A stretch of 64,000 nucleotides of DNA from contig OZ241986.1 of assembly GCA_965204375.1 (NCBI GenBank), positions 2,656,001 to 2,720,000 of the forward strand, written 5' to 3'. Shown here piece after piece: positions 1 to 9,632 of the stretch (positions within the stretch are counted from its first letter, which is position 1; every line of letters starts with the position of its first letter). A model generated the notes under the pieces. It did no database searches and was not told the DNA's origin. It saw only the letters and a program-made list of their open reading frames with translations. This DNA is from Candidatus Latescibacterota bacterium. Lineage in GTDB: Bacteria > Latescibacterota > UBA2968. A program made the translations under genes and the position numbers.

Positions 1-973
1 CCACATCTTGGCTCAATAATAGCGCGTAAGACCCATCCGGCACATGTCTCAGCTCAAATGCCAGTTGCTCATTGAAATTGACAATGCGAACAACAGCACG
101 TAGGAACAGATCAATGTCCTCACTCTCCAGAGCCTTTAAATATAATTCAGGATCCATCAGCGTCGCTCCACCGGGTTCACCGCTCAGCGTAAAACCCTCG
201 GGCAAAATACCCACGCCAGAAACCACAGCGTCTGACAGCTCCACTGTGCCGAAAAAATACTGCTGCACAGGTATCAAAGCAATACCCGTCGTACCTGGAC
301 TGCTAATAACCATCTGATACGCTGCATTCTCGGACAAAGTAACATTGACTGTCACTTTCATACGATCATCACTGACAGCCAAATCCGTTGCCGTTTCGAG
401 TAACGCAATGGGAAATACCAAAAGCTCCACATTTTCAATACCGACTCCCTCTGTGGGGTCAACGGTCACAACCAGTGGCTTATCAAATGTTATCTCAAGC
501 GTTTGTGTACCACTCGGTACGATCGGATTCATCATATCTTCCCCGATCGTCACACCGCCAATTACAACGGAAGTCGCCGAAGGTATACCTCCGGGCGATG
601 GCATCTGCATAAAACTATTGGGATCGCCGGGATTAGTCACCTGAATACTCGCATCTACCGTACCATCGCCATCTGGATCGCCCAATTCTTGACCATTGGA
701 CACGCCATCGCCATCTGAGTCGCGCATTGCCAGCATGGCATTCCACACAACCTGACCACTGCGACCAGGCTGCGTTAGATAATTATTATTAATATCCCTG
801 CCAAAAGGCGTGAGAGTCCCCCCCCCGCTCGGATTCACATGGCACGAAGCACACCCGATCATACTGCCATTGGGCAACTGACCAACCCGTGCTGGACGAG
901 CATCTGCCTGTCCCCACCCAACAAAAACAAGGACCAGGACCGTTAGTACTCTGTGAGAATTCAACCGCGACAT
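1..973 (-). CDS. Secreted protein with N-terminal temptin-like/CxxCH domain and beta-rich repeats (runs off the window edge)
   Basis: Manually translated; not in ORF track. AGGAGG SD, ATG at 973, open to the window edge: MSRLNSHRVLTVLVLVFVGWGQADA|RPARVGQLPNGSMIGCASCHVNPSGGGTLTPFGRD...W...DSDGDGVSNGQELGDPDGDG. Confidence 0.8.
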   Translation of the reverse strand, partial: MSRLNSHRVLTVLVLVFVGWGQADARPARVGQLPNGSMIGCASCHVNPSGGGTLTPFGRDINNNYLTQPGRSGQVVWNAMLAMRDSDGDGVSNGQELGDPDGDGTVDASIQVTNPGDPNSFMQMPSPGGIPSATSVVIGGVTIGEDMMNPIVPSGTQTLEITFDKPLVVTVDPTEGVGIENVELLVFPIALLETATDLAVSDDRMKVTVNVTLSENAAYQMVISSPGTTGIALIPVQQYFFGTVELSDAVVSGVGILPEGFTLSGEPGGATLMDPELYLKALESEDIDLFLRAVVRIVNFNEQLAFELRHVPDGSYALLLSQDV

Positions 974-1090
974 AAATAATCCTCCTGAAGAGGGTGATAA
1001 TTAGAGACAACACGACGTTGCATCTCATCTCCGAAAAATGTAGAACATGTCCCCTTGAAAGGCAACTGCTTTCTTAATAAAAAAATTATC

Positions 1091-1161
1091 TTGCAACTTA
1101 TAGAGAAATGTATATAATTGAACCTTGTTTTTTTACCATTTGTCTATAATTGAGCCTTGTT
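1091..1161 (+). promoter_or_regulatory. Sigma70-like promoter(s) upstream of glnA within a 21-bp direct repeat
   Basis: TTGCAA(1091)-16 bp-TATAAT(1113); second TATAAT at 1145; 1109-1129 and 1141-1161 match at 19/21. Confidence 0.5.
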
Positions 1162-1326
1162 ATTGGGGTATCATCGCCCGACAGTGTAACACACATTTAA
1201 TACATGAGAAATCACGCGGAAACAAACACCATCTATATTCCGTGCCGATGTTTCGGGTCGGCAAAACTGCCGGTCCTTTTATTTATCAATACCAGGCCAC
1301 ATTTCTCACAATGAAAGGAGCAAAAT

Positions 1327-2745
1327 ATGGCCCAAACGCCACAAGATGTTCTTGCAATGATCGCAGATCAGGGCATTAGAGTTGTCGATTTTCGCTTTAC
1401 CGATTTTCCCGGACATTGGCAGCATTTTACTGTCATGGCCTCCGAGATCGAAGAAGAAACCTTTGAAGACGGACTCGGCTTTGACGGATCCAGTATTCGC
1501 GGCTGGCAGGCCATCAACGAATCGGACATGCTCGTCATACCCGATGCTACCACAGCGGTTATCGATCCTTTCCTCGAAGAACCCACACTCGTAATGATCT
1601 GTAATATTGCCGACCCCATCACCAAAAGCGGCTATTCGCGCGACCCGCGTTCGGTCGCTCAAAAAGCCGAAGCCTATATGCAATCCACGGGCATTGGCGA
1701 TACGGCATTTTTTGGTCCAGAAGCCGAGTTTTTTGTCTTTGACGATGTGCGCTTTGGCGAAGGGGCAAACCACGCCTTTCACAGCGTAGATTCAGTTGAA
1801 GGCTACTGGAACTCGGGCAGAGATGAAGGTCCCAATCTGGGTTATAAACCCCGCCATAAAGAAGGTTATTTCCCCGTGCCGCCTCACGACACACTGCAAA
1901 ATATACGCACGGAAATGGTACTGACCATGGAAGAAGTCGGCATTGATATAGAAGTTCATCACCACGAAGTGTCCACTGGTGGGCAGGGCGAGATTGACAT
2001 TCGGTTCTGCCCGATGGTCACATGCGCCGACAGAATGACTCTTTACAAATACATCGTCAAAAACGTAGCGCACAAACACGGCAAAACCGCCACCTTTATG
2101 CCCAAACCGCTTTTTGAAGACAATGGCACGGGCATGCACACGCATCAAAGCCTCTGGAAAGGCGATGAGCCTCTCTTTGCCGGATCGGGATACGCGGGCC
2201 TGAGCGAAATGGCTCTGCACTATATCGGCGGCATTCTCAAACACGCCGATGCACTGATTGCATTGACCAACCCGACCACCAACTCGTTTAAGCGTCTGGT
2301 ACCCGGGTATGAAGCGCCGGTCAATCTCGCCTACTCGCAGCGCAATCGCAGTGCTGCAGTACGCATCCCGGTGTATTCTCAAAGTCCCAAATCCAAGCGC
2401 GTCGAATTTCGGTGTCCGGATCCAAGTGCCAATCCCTACCTGGCTTTCGCCGCCATGTTGATGGCTGGCCTGGACGGCATTCAAAACAAAATTGATCCAG
2501 GAGAATCGCTCGACAAAAATCTCTACGACCTCGAACCCGAAGAAGCGGCATCCATCCCGCAGACACCGGGTTCACTGTCCGATGCCCTCGACGCACTGGA
2601 AGCGGATCACGACTTCTTGCTCAAGGGTGATGTCTTTACTGAGGACGTGATCGAAACCTGGATCGAATACAAGCGCGAAAACGAAGTTGACGCCATCAAC
2701 CAGCGTCCTCATCCACACGAATTCGCACTTTATTTCGATGTGTAA
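1327..2745 (+). CDS. glnA: Glutamine synthetase type I
   Basis: [52 protein letters not shown] adenylylation motif; AAGGAG SD. Confidence 0.98.
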   Translation: MAQTPQDVLAMIADQGIRVVDFRFTDFPGHWQHFTVMASEIEEETFEDGLGFDGSSIRGWQAINESDMLVIPDATTAVIDPFLEEPTLVMICNIADPITKSGYSRDPRSVAQKAEAYMQSTGIGDTAFFGPEAEFFVFDDVRFGEGANHAFHSVDSVEGYWNSGRDEGPNLGYKPRHKEGYFPVPPHDTLQNIRTEMVLTMEEVGIDIEVHHHEVSTGGQGEIDIRFCPMVTCADRMTLYKYIVKNVAHKHGKTATFMPKPLFEDNGTGMHTHQSLWKGDEPLFAGSGYAGLSEMALHYIGGILKHADALIALTNPTTNSFKRLVPGYEAPVNLAYSQRNRSAAVRIPVYSQSPKSKRVEFRCPDPSANPYLAFAAMLMAGLDGIQNKIDPGESLDKNLYDLEPEEAASIPQTPGSLSDALDALEADHDFLLKGDVFTEDVIETWIEYKRENEVDAINQRPHPHEFALYFDV

Positions 2746-2770
2746 TATTGTAAGTCGTTTTTAGAGGTAC

Positions 2771-2809
2771 AAAAAAGCAGGTGGTTATATTTTGCCACCT
2801 GCTTTTTTT
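2771..2809. terminator. Bidirectional intrinsic terminator
   Basis: AAAAAAGCAGGTGG-loop-CCACCTGCTTTTTTT between convergent genes. Confidence 0.85.
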
Positions 2810-2821
2810 ATCCAGTCCCTC

Positions 2822-3610
2822 TCAATCCCTCAACTTCGTCTTCTCATCCCACCTCACCACATCCAGATGTTTTTGTGAAAAGCCAATCGCATCCCGAACA
2901 TCGGCACCGCGCATGTCGGCATTGTCAAACTGGGCTTTGAACAGATCGGTTTTTTGCATGCGAGCGCGCTGGAGATTGGCCTGGCGCAAATCCACTTTGA
3001 CGAGATCGGCCTCCTGGAGCCTGGCACTTTGCAGATTGGCTCCCTTCAAATTGGCGTCGGTCAAATCCGATTTTCTGATATCGGCTGTACGCAAGGTGGC
3101 ATTTTCGAAATCCACTTTAACCAATATAGCCTCCGATAAATTGGCCTTGTAAAAATTCGCATTTTTGCATCTGGCTCCGCGCAAATTGCACCCCACCAAT
3201 TTTGCCTCCTCAAAATTTGCGTCTTCCATATTTGCACCACTGAGTTCTGCCAATTCTAAATCAGCCGGTGAGACCTGTGCGCCTTTCATATTCGCTCCTG
3301 TAAGGATCGCATTCTGCAAGAAGGCCCCGCTCAGATCAGCCTCTTCGAGATTTGCATCGCGCAAATTGGCCTGCAAAAGACGCGCACGTTGTAAGTTGGC
3401 ACCCGATAAATTGGCACCCCGCAACTGTGCGCCACTGAGAATGGCTTCGCGCATATCGGCGTGTTGTAATGCGGCATTTTGCAATTCCGCTCGGTTCAGG
3501 TTTGCACCGACCAGATCCGCGCGCGCTCCCTCCGCCCCATTGGACACTATCCAGGCTTGATGTCGTGCAAGGATCTCGCGCACCTGTGCAGGTGAAAGAA
3601 TTATGGACAT
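2822..3610 (-). CDS. Pentapeptide repeat protein
   Basis: Long run of A(D/N)Lxx repeats after an ILARHQAW N-terminal cap. Confidence 0.92.
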   Translation of the reverse strand: MSIILSPAQVREILARHQAWIVSNGAEGARADLVGANLNRAELQNAALQHADMREAILSGAQLRGANLSGANLQRARLLQANLRDANLEEADLSGAFLQNAILTGANMKGAQVSPADLELAELSGANMEDANFEEAKLVGCNLRGARCKNANFYKANLSEAILVKVDFENATLRTADIRKSDLTDANLKGANLQSARLQEADLVKVDLRQANLQRARMQKTDLFKAQFDNADMRGADVRDAIGFSQKHLDVVRWDEKTKLRD

Positions 3611-3626
3611 GTGATTTCTCCCTTCG

Positions 3627-4184
3627 CTAAATTTTTATGACCCCGTTTTCGGTTACGATCAAATCCATCTTCACATCGTGTGGCTCGGCAGGCACGCGAT
3701 CTATGATCTGAAAACCATAAGATAAACCGATTCGAACTGCTTCAGTTCGCGCCAGAAATCGGTCATAATATCCACCACCCGATCCAATCCGATGCCCACG
3801 GCGATCAAAAGCAATCCCCGGAATGAGAATCAGGTCAATGGTATGAGGCAACAGCACCTTTTGGGGATCTGGAACCGGTTCGCGCAAGCCATAATGCACA
3901 GGTCGCAAATCACTCAGTCCCGCAATCGCTTGAAAATCCATATCCCCATCTTCCTGCGTAACAGGTACTCCCACCTGTTTGCCATCGCCAATTGCGTTTG
4001 GGATCACTATTCTCGTATCCACTTCATTTTTTATCGACACATAACAGGCAATGCACCGTGCAAGCTGGTATGCTGGCATATCGATCAGCCGGTGATAAAT
4101 ACGCAAACTCTTCTCGCGAACAACTCGTTCGGACATTTGGACACGCTCGGAGCGAAGGCTACGTTTTAGATCTGGCTTTGTCAT
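3627..4184 (-). CDS. 5-formyltetrahydrofolate cyclo-ligase
   Basis: NEVDT, DLILIPGIAFDRRGHRIGSGGGYYDRFL, PHDVKMDLIVTE. Confidence 0.95.
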   Translation of the reverse strand: MTKPDLKRSLRSERVQMSERVVREKSLRIYHRLIDMPAYQLARCIACYVSIKNEVDTRIVIPNAIGDGKQVGVPVTQEDGDMDFQAIAGLSDLRPVHYGLREPVPDPQKVLLPHTIDLILIPGIAFDRRGHRIGSGGGYYDRFLARTEAVRIGLSYGFQIIDRVPAEPHDVKMDLIVTENGVIKI

Positions 4185-4205
4185 AATAAGTTTCTCGCTT
4201 CTCCC

Positions 4206-4234
4206 TTGACTTTAATAAATTAAACCGTTAAAAT
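4206..4234 (+). promoter_or_regulatory. Sigma70 promoter of the uppS operon
   Basis: TTGACT-17 bp-TAAAAT. Confidence 0.7.
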
Positions 4235-4302
4235 TTCACAACATTTTTTATTGTATTTTATCGGTATTCAGGCGGACAAGTTGAATTTTCATCGTTAATA
4301 AT

Positions 4303-5142
4303 ATGGAAGATACACATATAAACGGCTCTCGCAATTGCACTCAGCTTCAAGATAGGCTAAAAGCGCGAGGCAACCTGCCGTCGCATATTGCGATAATTAT
4401 GGATGGCAATGGGCGGTGGGCGCAACAGCGAGATTTGCGCCGCACAGATGGGCATCGGTCTGCCCGCGAAACTGTGCGCGATATTGTGCGTGCATGTGGC
4501 GAACTCGAAATAGATATTCTCACCCTGTTCACCTTTGGCACAGACAATTGGCGTCGCCCCTGGTCAGAAGTATTGTCACTGATGCAATTGTTGCGCGACT
4601 GTTCACACGAAGAACTCAATGAGTTGCAGGAAAACAACGTGCGTCTCATTGCAACCGGCGATACGGAGCGGTTGGTCAAGCACTCGCGTAAAGCACTTGA
4701 AAATGCCATTCGCGAAACGGCTAACAATACAGGACTAACGCTTAATCTCGCGTTGAGCTACGACGGCAAAAGCGATATACTTCAAGCCGTGCAAAACATT
4801 GCTGCCGACATCGCACAGGGACGCATTTCACCAGACGCTATTGATGCCAACTTATTTTCCAAACGCCTTTATACAGGTGATTTGCCCGATCCCGATTTGC
4901 TGATTCGCACCAGCGGCGAAGTGCGCTTGAGTAATTTTATGCTCTGGCAGTGCGCTTATACCGAATTCTGGTTTACAGATGTACTGTGGCCCGATTTTAA
5001 GCGCAAGCACCTCTACGAAGCCATCCGCAGTTATCAAAATCGAGAACGGCGGTTTGGCAAAACAGGACTTCAATTGCGCGATGAAACGCTCGCAAGCAAA
5101 ACCAATGGGGCTTCGGAGGACTTGTGGCAAAGTCCAATCTAA
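4303..5142 (+). CDS. uppS: Undecaprenyl diphosphate synthase
   Basis: HIAIIMDGNGRWA, PDLLIRTSGEVRLSNFMLWQ, RERRFG. Confidence 0.97.
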   Translation: MEDTHINGSRNCTQLQDRLKARGNLPSHIAIIMDGNGRWAQQRDLRRTDGHRSARETVRDIVRACGELEIDILTLFTFGTDNWRRPWSEVLSLMQLLRDCSHEELNELQENNVRLIATGDTERLVKHSRKALENAIRETANNTGLTLNLALSYDGKSDILQAVQNIAADIAQGRISPDAIDANLFSKRLYTGDLPDPDLLIRTSGEVRLSNFMLWQCAYTEFWFTDVLWPDFKRKHLYEAIRSYQNRERRFGKTGLQLRDETLASKTNGASEDLWQSPI

Positions 5143-5960
5143 TTCAGCGCGTGTTGGCAGCCGCAGTTTTTGGTCCAGTTTTGGTGGTGCTATTCTGGTT
5201 GGGTGACTATTGGCTATTGGTGATGTGGTGCGGCGTGGTCTCTGTAGGTACCTGGGAATTTTATCGCATGCTATCGCAGAAAGGGCTGCAACCCTGGACG
5301 GGATTTGGCATTGTTATATCCCTCTCCTGGTGCGCTGTGGCATTTGTTATTGGGCCAAATGCTTTCCCATTTTTTTTTCTCGTATTATTGCTTTTGATGT
5401 TTAGCATAGCCCTGTTTCGAGATACCACAGGCCATCGCCTGCTCAATGCGGGAGGCACGCTTTTAGGGGTACTTTATGTCGGTTTTTTGGGCAGTTTTGT
5501 TCTCATAGTGAGAAACACATTACCCGTTGACGCGTCAGAACAAGGGAAAGTTGCTGTTCTCATTTTACTGGGAATTTGGGCCAATGATACAATGGCCTAT
5601 TTTTTTGGACGGTGGTTTGGCCGATGGCATCCCTTTCCCACAATCAGCGCGGCTAAGACCGAAGCTGGATTCATCGGAGGTCTTCTATCCGCACTTTTGG
5701 TCATAGGACTCGGCGGACAGGTACTCGGACTATTTAATATAGCCCAAAGCCTCATACTCGGCCTTCTCATTGGCATTGGAGCATCTTTGGGAGATCTCGT
5801 TGAATCCATGATCAAACGCGATATGGACGTCAAAGATACATCGGAACTGATCCCCGGACACGGTGGCGTGCTGGACCGCTTTGACAGTACTTTTTTGGTT
5901 TTTCCGCTCGTCTATCTTTATTTTCAACTGATAGCCAGTACCTCACAGGTGTTGGACTAA
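5124..5960 (+). CDS. cdsA: Phosphatidate cytidylyltransferase
   Basis: Hydrophobic; GDLVESMIKRDMDVKD..LIPGHGGVLDRFDS. Confidence 0.95.
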   Translation: MAKSNLIQRVLAAAVFGPVLVVLFWLGDYWLLVMWCGVVSVGTWEFYRMLSQKGLQPWTGFGIVISLSWCAVAFVIGPNAFPFFFLVLLLLMFSIALFRDTTGHRLLNAGGTLLGVLYVGFLGSFVLIVRNTLPVDASEQGKVAVLILLGIWANDTMAYFFGRWFGRWHPFPTISAAKTEAGFIGGLLSALLVIGLGGQVLGLFNIAQSLILGLLIGIGASLGDLVESMIKRDMDVKDTSELIPGHGGVLDRFDSTFLVFPLVYLYFQLIASTSQVLD

Positions 5961-5965
5961 TTTTT

Positions 5966-7120
5966 ATGAGAAAACGCGTTGCCCTTCTCGGATCCACAGG
6001 CTCTATCGGCACAAACACGCTGCGTGTTCTGAATAGCCTATCCGACCGATTTGAACTGGTGAGTTTATGTGCCGGACGCAATGCCGAGTTGCTGTGTGAA
6101 CAAGCCGAGCACTGGCGCCCTAAACGCGTTTGTATTGCCCAGGGGGCAAAAGAGGTGCAGGCGCGTCTAGCCCCGCTGGGTATTGAAGTGCTCGAAGGCA
6201 GTTCGGGCTTGCAGGACCTGTCTGTCGATTCCGATACCGACCTGATCATTAACGGCCTGGCGGCAGGCGTGGGACTGCGCCCTACGCTATCTGCTGTACG
6301 CGCGGGCAAAGATGTGGCAATTGCCAATAAAGAGACACTGGTTGTCGCAGGGCATCTGGTAACCGATTGGGCAAAACAGACAGGCGCCACATTATTGCCG
6401 ATCGACAGTGAGACAACACCGCTGTGGCAATCGTTTCAAGAGACGAATCGGGACGAGATCAAACGCATTTTACTGCCCGCCTCGGGCGGTCCTTTTTTTG
6501 ACTATACGCAAAAGCAGATGGCGAGTGTTTCACGCGATCAGGCACTTAATCATCCCACCTGGCAGATGGGACCAAAAATTACGATTGACTCGGCCACATT
6601 GATGAACAAAGGCTTTGAAGTAATCGAAGCACAGTGGTTTCTCGATTTGCCAGTCTCGAAAATCGATGTGATTATCCATCGGCAGTCTATTGTGCATTGT
6701 CTTATCGAATATGTGGATGGCGGCATGATAGCGCACCTGAGCACACCCGATATGCAGTTGCCCATTCATCAGGCTCTGGTGCATCCCGAAAAACTGCCCA
6801 CACAGGTTGAACGCCTGGACCTGACAAAGGTCGGCACATTGAGTTTTTTTCAGCCCGATACCGAACGATTTCCCTGTCTTAAATTGGCATATCAGGCCGT
6901 AGAGCAGGGGGGAACCGCGCCCGCTGTACTCAACGCTGCCAATGAAGTTGCTGTGTATGCTTTTCTCGATGGCCGCATCGGATTTCTCGATATCCCTCGT
7001 GTAATTGCAAAAGCCCTCGATGAGCACGAGGCCTGCGAAGATACCCTCGAGGCAGTCATTGAAGCCGACCGCTGGGGGCGAGACCATGCAAATGAGCTGA
7101 TTTGTTCACTTGAATCATAG
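5966..7120 (+). CDS. dxr: 1-deoxy-D-xylulose 5-phosphate reductoisomerase
   Basis: LGSTGSIG, ANKE, PIDSE, HPTWQMGPKITIDSATLMNKGFEVIEA. Confidence 0.97.
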   Translation: MRKRVALLGSTGSIGTNTLRVLNSLSDRFELVSLCAGRNAELLCEQAEHWRPKRVCIAQGAKEVQARLAPLGIEVLEGSSGLQDLSVDSDTDLIINGLAAGVGLRPTLSAVRAGKDVAIANKETLVVAGHLVTDWAKQTGATLLPIDSETTPLWQSFQETNRDEIKRILLPASGGPFFDYTQKQMASVSRDQALNHPTWQMGPKITIDSATLMNKGFEVIEAQWFLDLPVSKIDVIIHRQSIVHCLIEYVDGGMIAHLSTPDMQLPIHQALVHPEKLPTQVERLDLTKVGTLSFFQPDTERFPCLKLAYQAVEQGGTAPAVLNAANEVAVYAFLDGRIGFLDIPRVIAKALDEHEACEDTLEAVIEADRWGRDHANELICSLES

Positions 7121-7134
7121 AAACGAGGTTTCCC

Positions 7135-8460
7135 GTGATCGTCGATCTTCTCTACTTCTTGTTTGTCTTAGGCGTGCTGGTGTTTGTTCACGAACTCGGG
7201 CATTTTTTAGTCGCCAAAAAATCGGGCATCAGAGTTGAAGCCTTTTCACTGGGATACCCACCCAAAGCAATAGGCGTGAAAATTGGTGAGACCGAATACT
7301 GCCTTTCGTGGTTGCCATTGGGGGGATATGTCAAAGTTGCCGGCATGGCCGATTTCGGTCACGAAGAAGGCAAGGGTAAGCCTTGGGAATTTCAGTCAAA
7401 ACCGCGATGGATTCAGATGGCAGTGATGGTCGCTGGTCCGGCAATGAACTTTTTTTTGGGCTTTTTGCTATTGCTCATTTTGCGTATGGCGGCGGGTGAA
7501 TACGCATTTTTGGACGATTCGCGCGTGGGGGAAGTTAAGATAGACTCGCCCTTCTATACGGCAGGACTAAGGCCAGGAGACCGCATTTTAACCGTTGGAA
7601 ATACAGCGGTAAATGACTGGGAAGAAATGGTAGATGCGTTTCTCCTTCAGACCGGTGATGTCGTGCCCGTTGAAATTGAACGAATATCCGCCTACCGATC
7701 AGACATGACCGAGCGATTGATGATCTCTGTCGATTTGACCTCGCTTCCCCGCGAAGGTCTGGGACTGGGATATTATATGACCACAGAAGTTGGAGCCGTG
7801 ATGCCTGGAATGCCAGCCGCAGAAATTGGACTGCAACCGGGCGATGTGATTACATCGGTCAATGGTATTCCAGTGACGATGTGGTGGGAGATGAGCCGCG
7901 AGATTTCTGCACAACCCGGCGTGGAAATCTCATTGACCTGGCAGCGCAATGGTGAAGAGATGACGAAGCAGATTATTCCCGCTTCTCAAACCCTTAATGG
8001 CGAAACCGTGGGACGCATTGGCATCGATTCGGCTTCCAAACGCAATCCCATTCCCTTTTTTAAGGCTGTGCGCCGCAGCGCAACAGAAACCATCAATTTG
8101 TCAACGGCTATTTTTGGATTTGTCAAACGCCTGGTCATAGGACAAGAATCCAGCAGTGCTCTGGCTGGACCTGTGGGGATTTTCCAGATGGTGGGCCAAA
8201 GTGCTGAGCGCGGCTTTTCCTATCTGCTATGGTTTATGGCCATGCTCAGCATTAACCTGGGTGTGCTCAACCTGTTGCCCATTCCCATGCTCGATGGTGG
8301 CCATCTCACCATTCTTGCGATTGAAAGCATTATCCGCCGAGATTTATCTGCGCGACACAAAGCCTGGCTCCAACAAGCTGGATTTGCATTTTTACTCTTC
8401 CTGATTATTTACGTAACCTTCAACGATATCGGACGCATTTCCGGATGGTTTGGAAACTAA
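7135..8460 (+). CDS. rseP: RIP metalloprotease RseP with two PDZ domains
   Basis: HELGH, PLGGYVK, NLLPIPMLDGGH; follows dxr. Confidence 0.95.
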   Translation: MIVDLLYFLFVLGVLVFVHELGHFLVAKKSGIRVEAFSLGYPPKAIGVKIGETEYCLSWLPLGGYVKVAGMADFGHEEGKGKPWEFQSKPRWIQMAVMVAGPAMNFFLGFLLLLILRMAAGEYAFLDDSRVGEVKIDSPFYTAGLRPGDRILTVGNTAVNDWEEMVDAFLLQTGDVVPVEIERISAYRSDMTERLMISVDLTSLPREGLGLGYYMTTEVGAVMPGMPAAEIGLQPGDVITSVNGIPVTMWWEMSREISAQPGVEISLTWQRNGEEMTKQIIPASQTLNGETVGRIGIDSASKRNPIPFFKAVRRSATETINLSTAIFGFVKRLVIGQESSSALAGPVGIFQMVGQSAERGFSYLLWFMAMLSINLGVLNLLPIPMLDGGHLTILAIESIIRRDLSARHKAWLQQAGFAFLLFLIIYVTFNDIGRISGWFGN

Positions 8461-8482
8461 AGCTCCAGTTCACCTGTTAGAT

Positions 8483-8517
8483 AAAATCCCCCGCATTTTT
8501 TGTGGGGGATTTTTTAT
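8483..8517. terminator. Bidirectional intrinsic terminator
   Basis: AAAATCCCCCGCA-loop-TGTGGGGGATTTTTT between convergent genes. Confidence 0.8.
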
Positions 8518-8536
8518 TTTCAATCAGCAATCCTCT

Positions 8537-8878
8537 TCACTTCTCACCTTTCTTTTCCGTCTTTTGAAATGACTTCATCTCACGCTCTGCTGCCTCGCCA
8601 AATCTCTGCTGAATCAGAGCAATGAGCGCATCCCATTTTTCGGGATGATCCCGACGATCTTTGAGAAATTTCTCAATATCGGCTTGTGTAATACCATGGC
8701 GTTTGAACAATTTTTTTCGTTCCACCAGTAGCGAATCGGGCGCGTGCACATAACGGCGGTGAAGTTCCATCGCATCTGCAAATAGCTCAATAAATTTCTT
8801 ATTCGATAGCTCTGGCGATGAAGCAGTCACGCATCCAACCGTACCGAGTACAACACACCAGAGGAGCAGTTTTTTCAT
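8537..8878 (-). CDS. Small helical lipoprotein, DUF4296-like
   Basis: Likely start MKKLLLW at 8878; lipobox-like TVGC; LFKRHGITQAD...PEKW pattern. Confidence 0.55.
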   Translation of the reverse strand: MKKLLLWCVVLGTVGCVTASSPELSNKKFIELFADAMELHRRYVHAPDSLLVERKKLFKRHGITQADIEKFLKDRRDHPEKWDALIALIQQRFGEAAEREMKSFQKTEKKGEK

Positions 8879-8985
8879 AACAGAGTTCCAAAAAGAGAAT
8901 CCCACAGAGGTCCTTCCACAATTCCCTCAAAATACGTCACAATAACGCATACATATAAATAACTTATTTTTTATAGATAAAACAA

Positions 8986-9050
8986 TTGACTTTTGAAACG
9001 CGAATTACTAATTTAAGCCAGGTGGTATATTGTGGTGGATTGTGGTGGAT
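8986..9050 (+). promoter_or_regulatory. dcw promoter with MraZ operator repeats
   Basis: TTGACT(8986)-17 bp-TAATTT(9009); GTGG at 9022, 9032, 9042 (10-bp period). Confidence 0.75.
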
Positions 9051-9108
9051 TTTGATTTTTTGTATATTACTTTGTAAAATAATAACTTATCTCCCTCAGG
9101 CTTTTCAG

Positions 9109-9555
9109 ATGTCCGATAATTGTCCAGAGTTTTATGGCGACTTTGAAAATATCCCCATCGATACCAAGGGTCGCTTAATCGTTCCGGCTGCATTTCGGAA
9201 TGCACTGCCCAGTGGCGTAAGTTCAATTATTGTCACGCAGTGGTTTGATGGCTGTTTGGCCGCGTTTGACCCCGATGGATGGCGGCGGATCATTGATCAA
9301 CTCCGCAACATGGGACACTCACAAGTCCAGTCAAGACAACTAGTTAGAGCAATGGCAGGACGTGCATCTGAAGTAAAACTCGACCGCCAGGGGCGTGCAT
9401 TGATCCCCAGAAAGCGTCTGGACTCGGTCGGTATTACAGATCGCGCAACGCTGGCAGGTGCCGTTGAGTGTATCGAAATTTGGGATCCGGATAGGTATAA
9501 CGAAGCTCAAAATGCCGTCAATATGGAAGAGATAGCAGAAGGATTAGAACGATAG
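9109..9555 (+). CDS. mraZ: Division/cell wall transcriptional repressor MraZ
   Basis: IDTKGRLIVPAAFR and LDRQGRALIP AbrB-type repeats, IEIWD; start moved to ATG 9109. Confidence 0.95.
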   Translation: MSDNCPEFYGDFENIPIDTKGRLIVPAAFRNALPSGVSSIIVTQWFDGCLAAFDPDGWRRIIDQLRNMGHSQVQSRQLVRAMAGRASEVKLDRQGRALIPRKRLDSVGITDRATLAGAVECIEIWDPDRYNEAQNAVNMEEIAEGLER

Positions 9556-9632
9556 AGAATATTCTAAAATTTGGAATAAATATTCAGAATAAATATTCGA
9601 ATATTTGGAAATTAAAATAAAAACAACATGTT

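Noticed and set aside
789-1028. 79-aa minus-strand ORF in the track
   Set aside because: Wrong frame; the SD-led frame from ATG 973 stays open to the window edge and has recognisable motifs.
2822-3610. Qnr-type quinolone resistance gene
   Set aside because: Generic pentapeptide repeats with no Qnr-specific features recognised.
8986-9108. N-terminal extension of MraZ (CGGLWW)
   Set aside because: It is the translated promoter and operator repeats; homology starts near ATG 9109.
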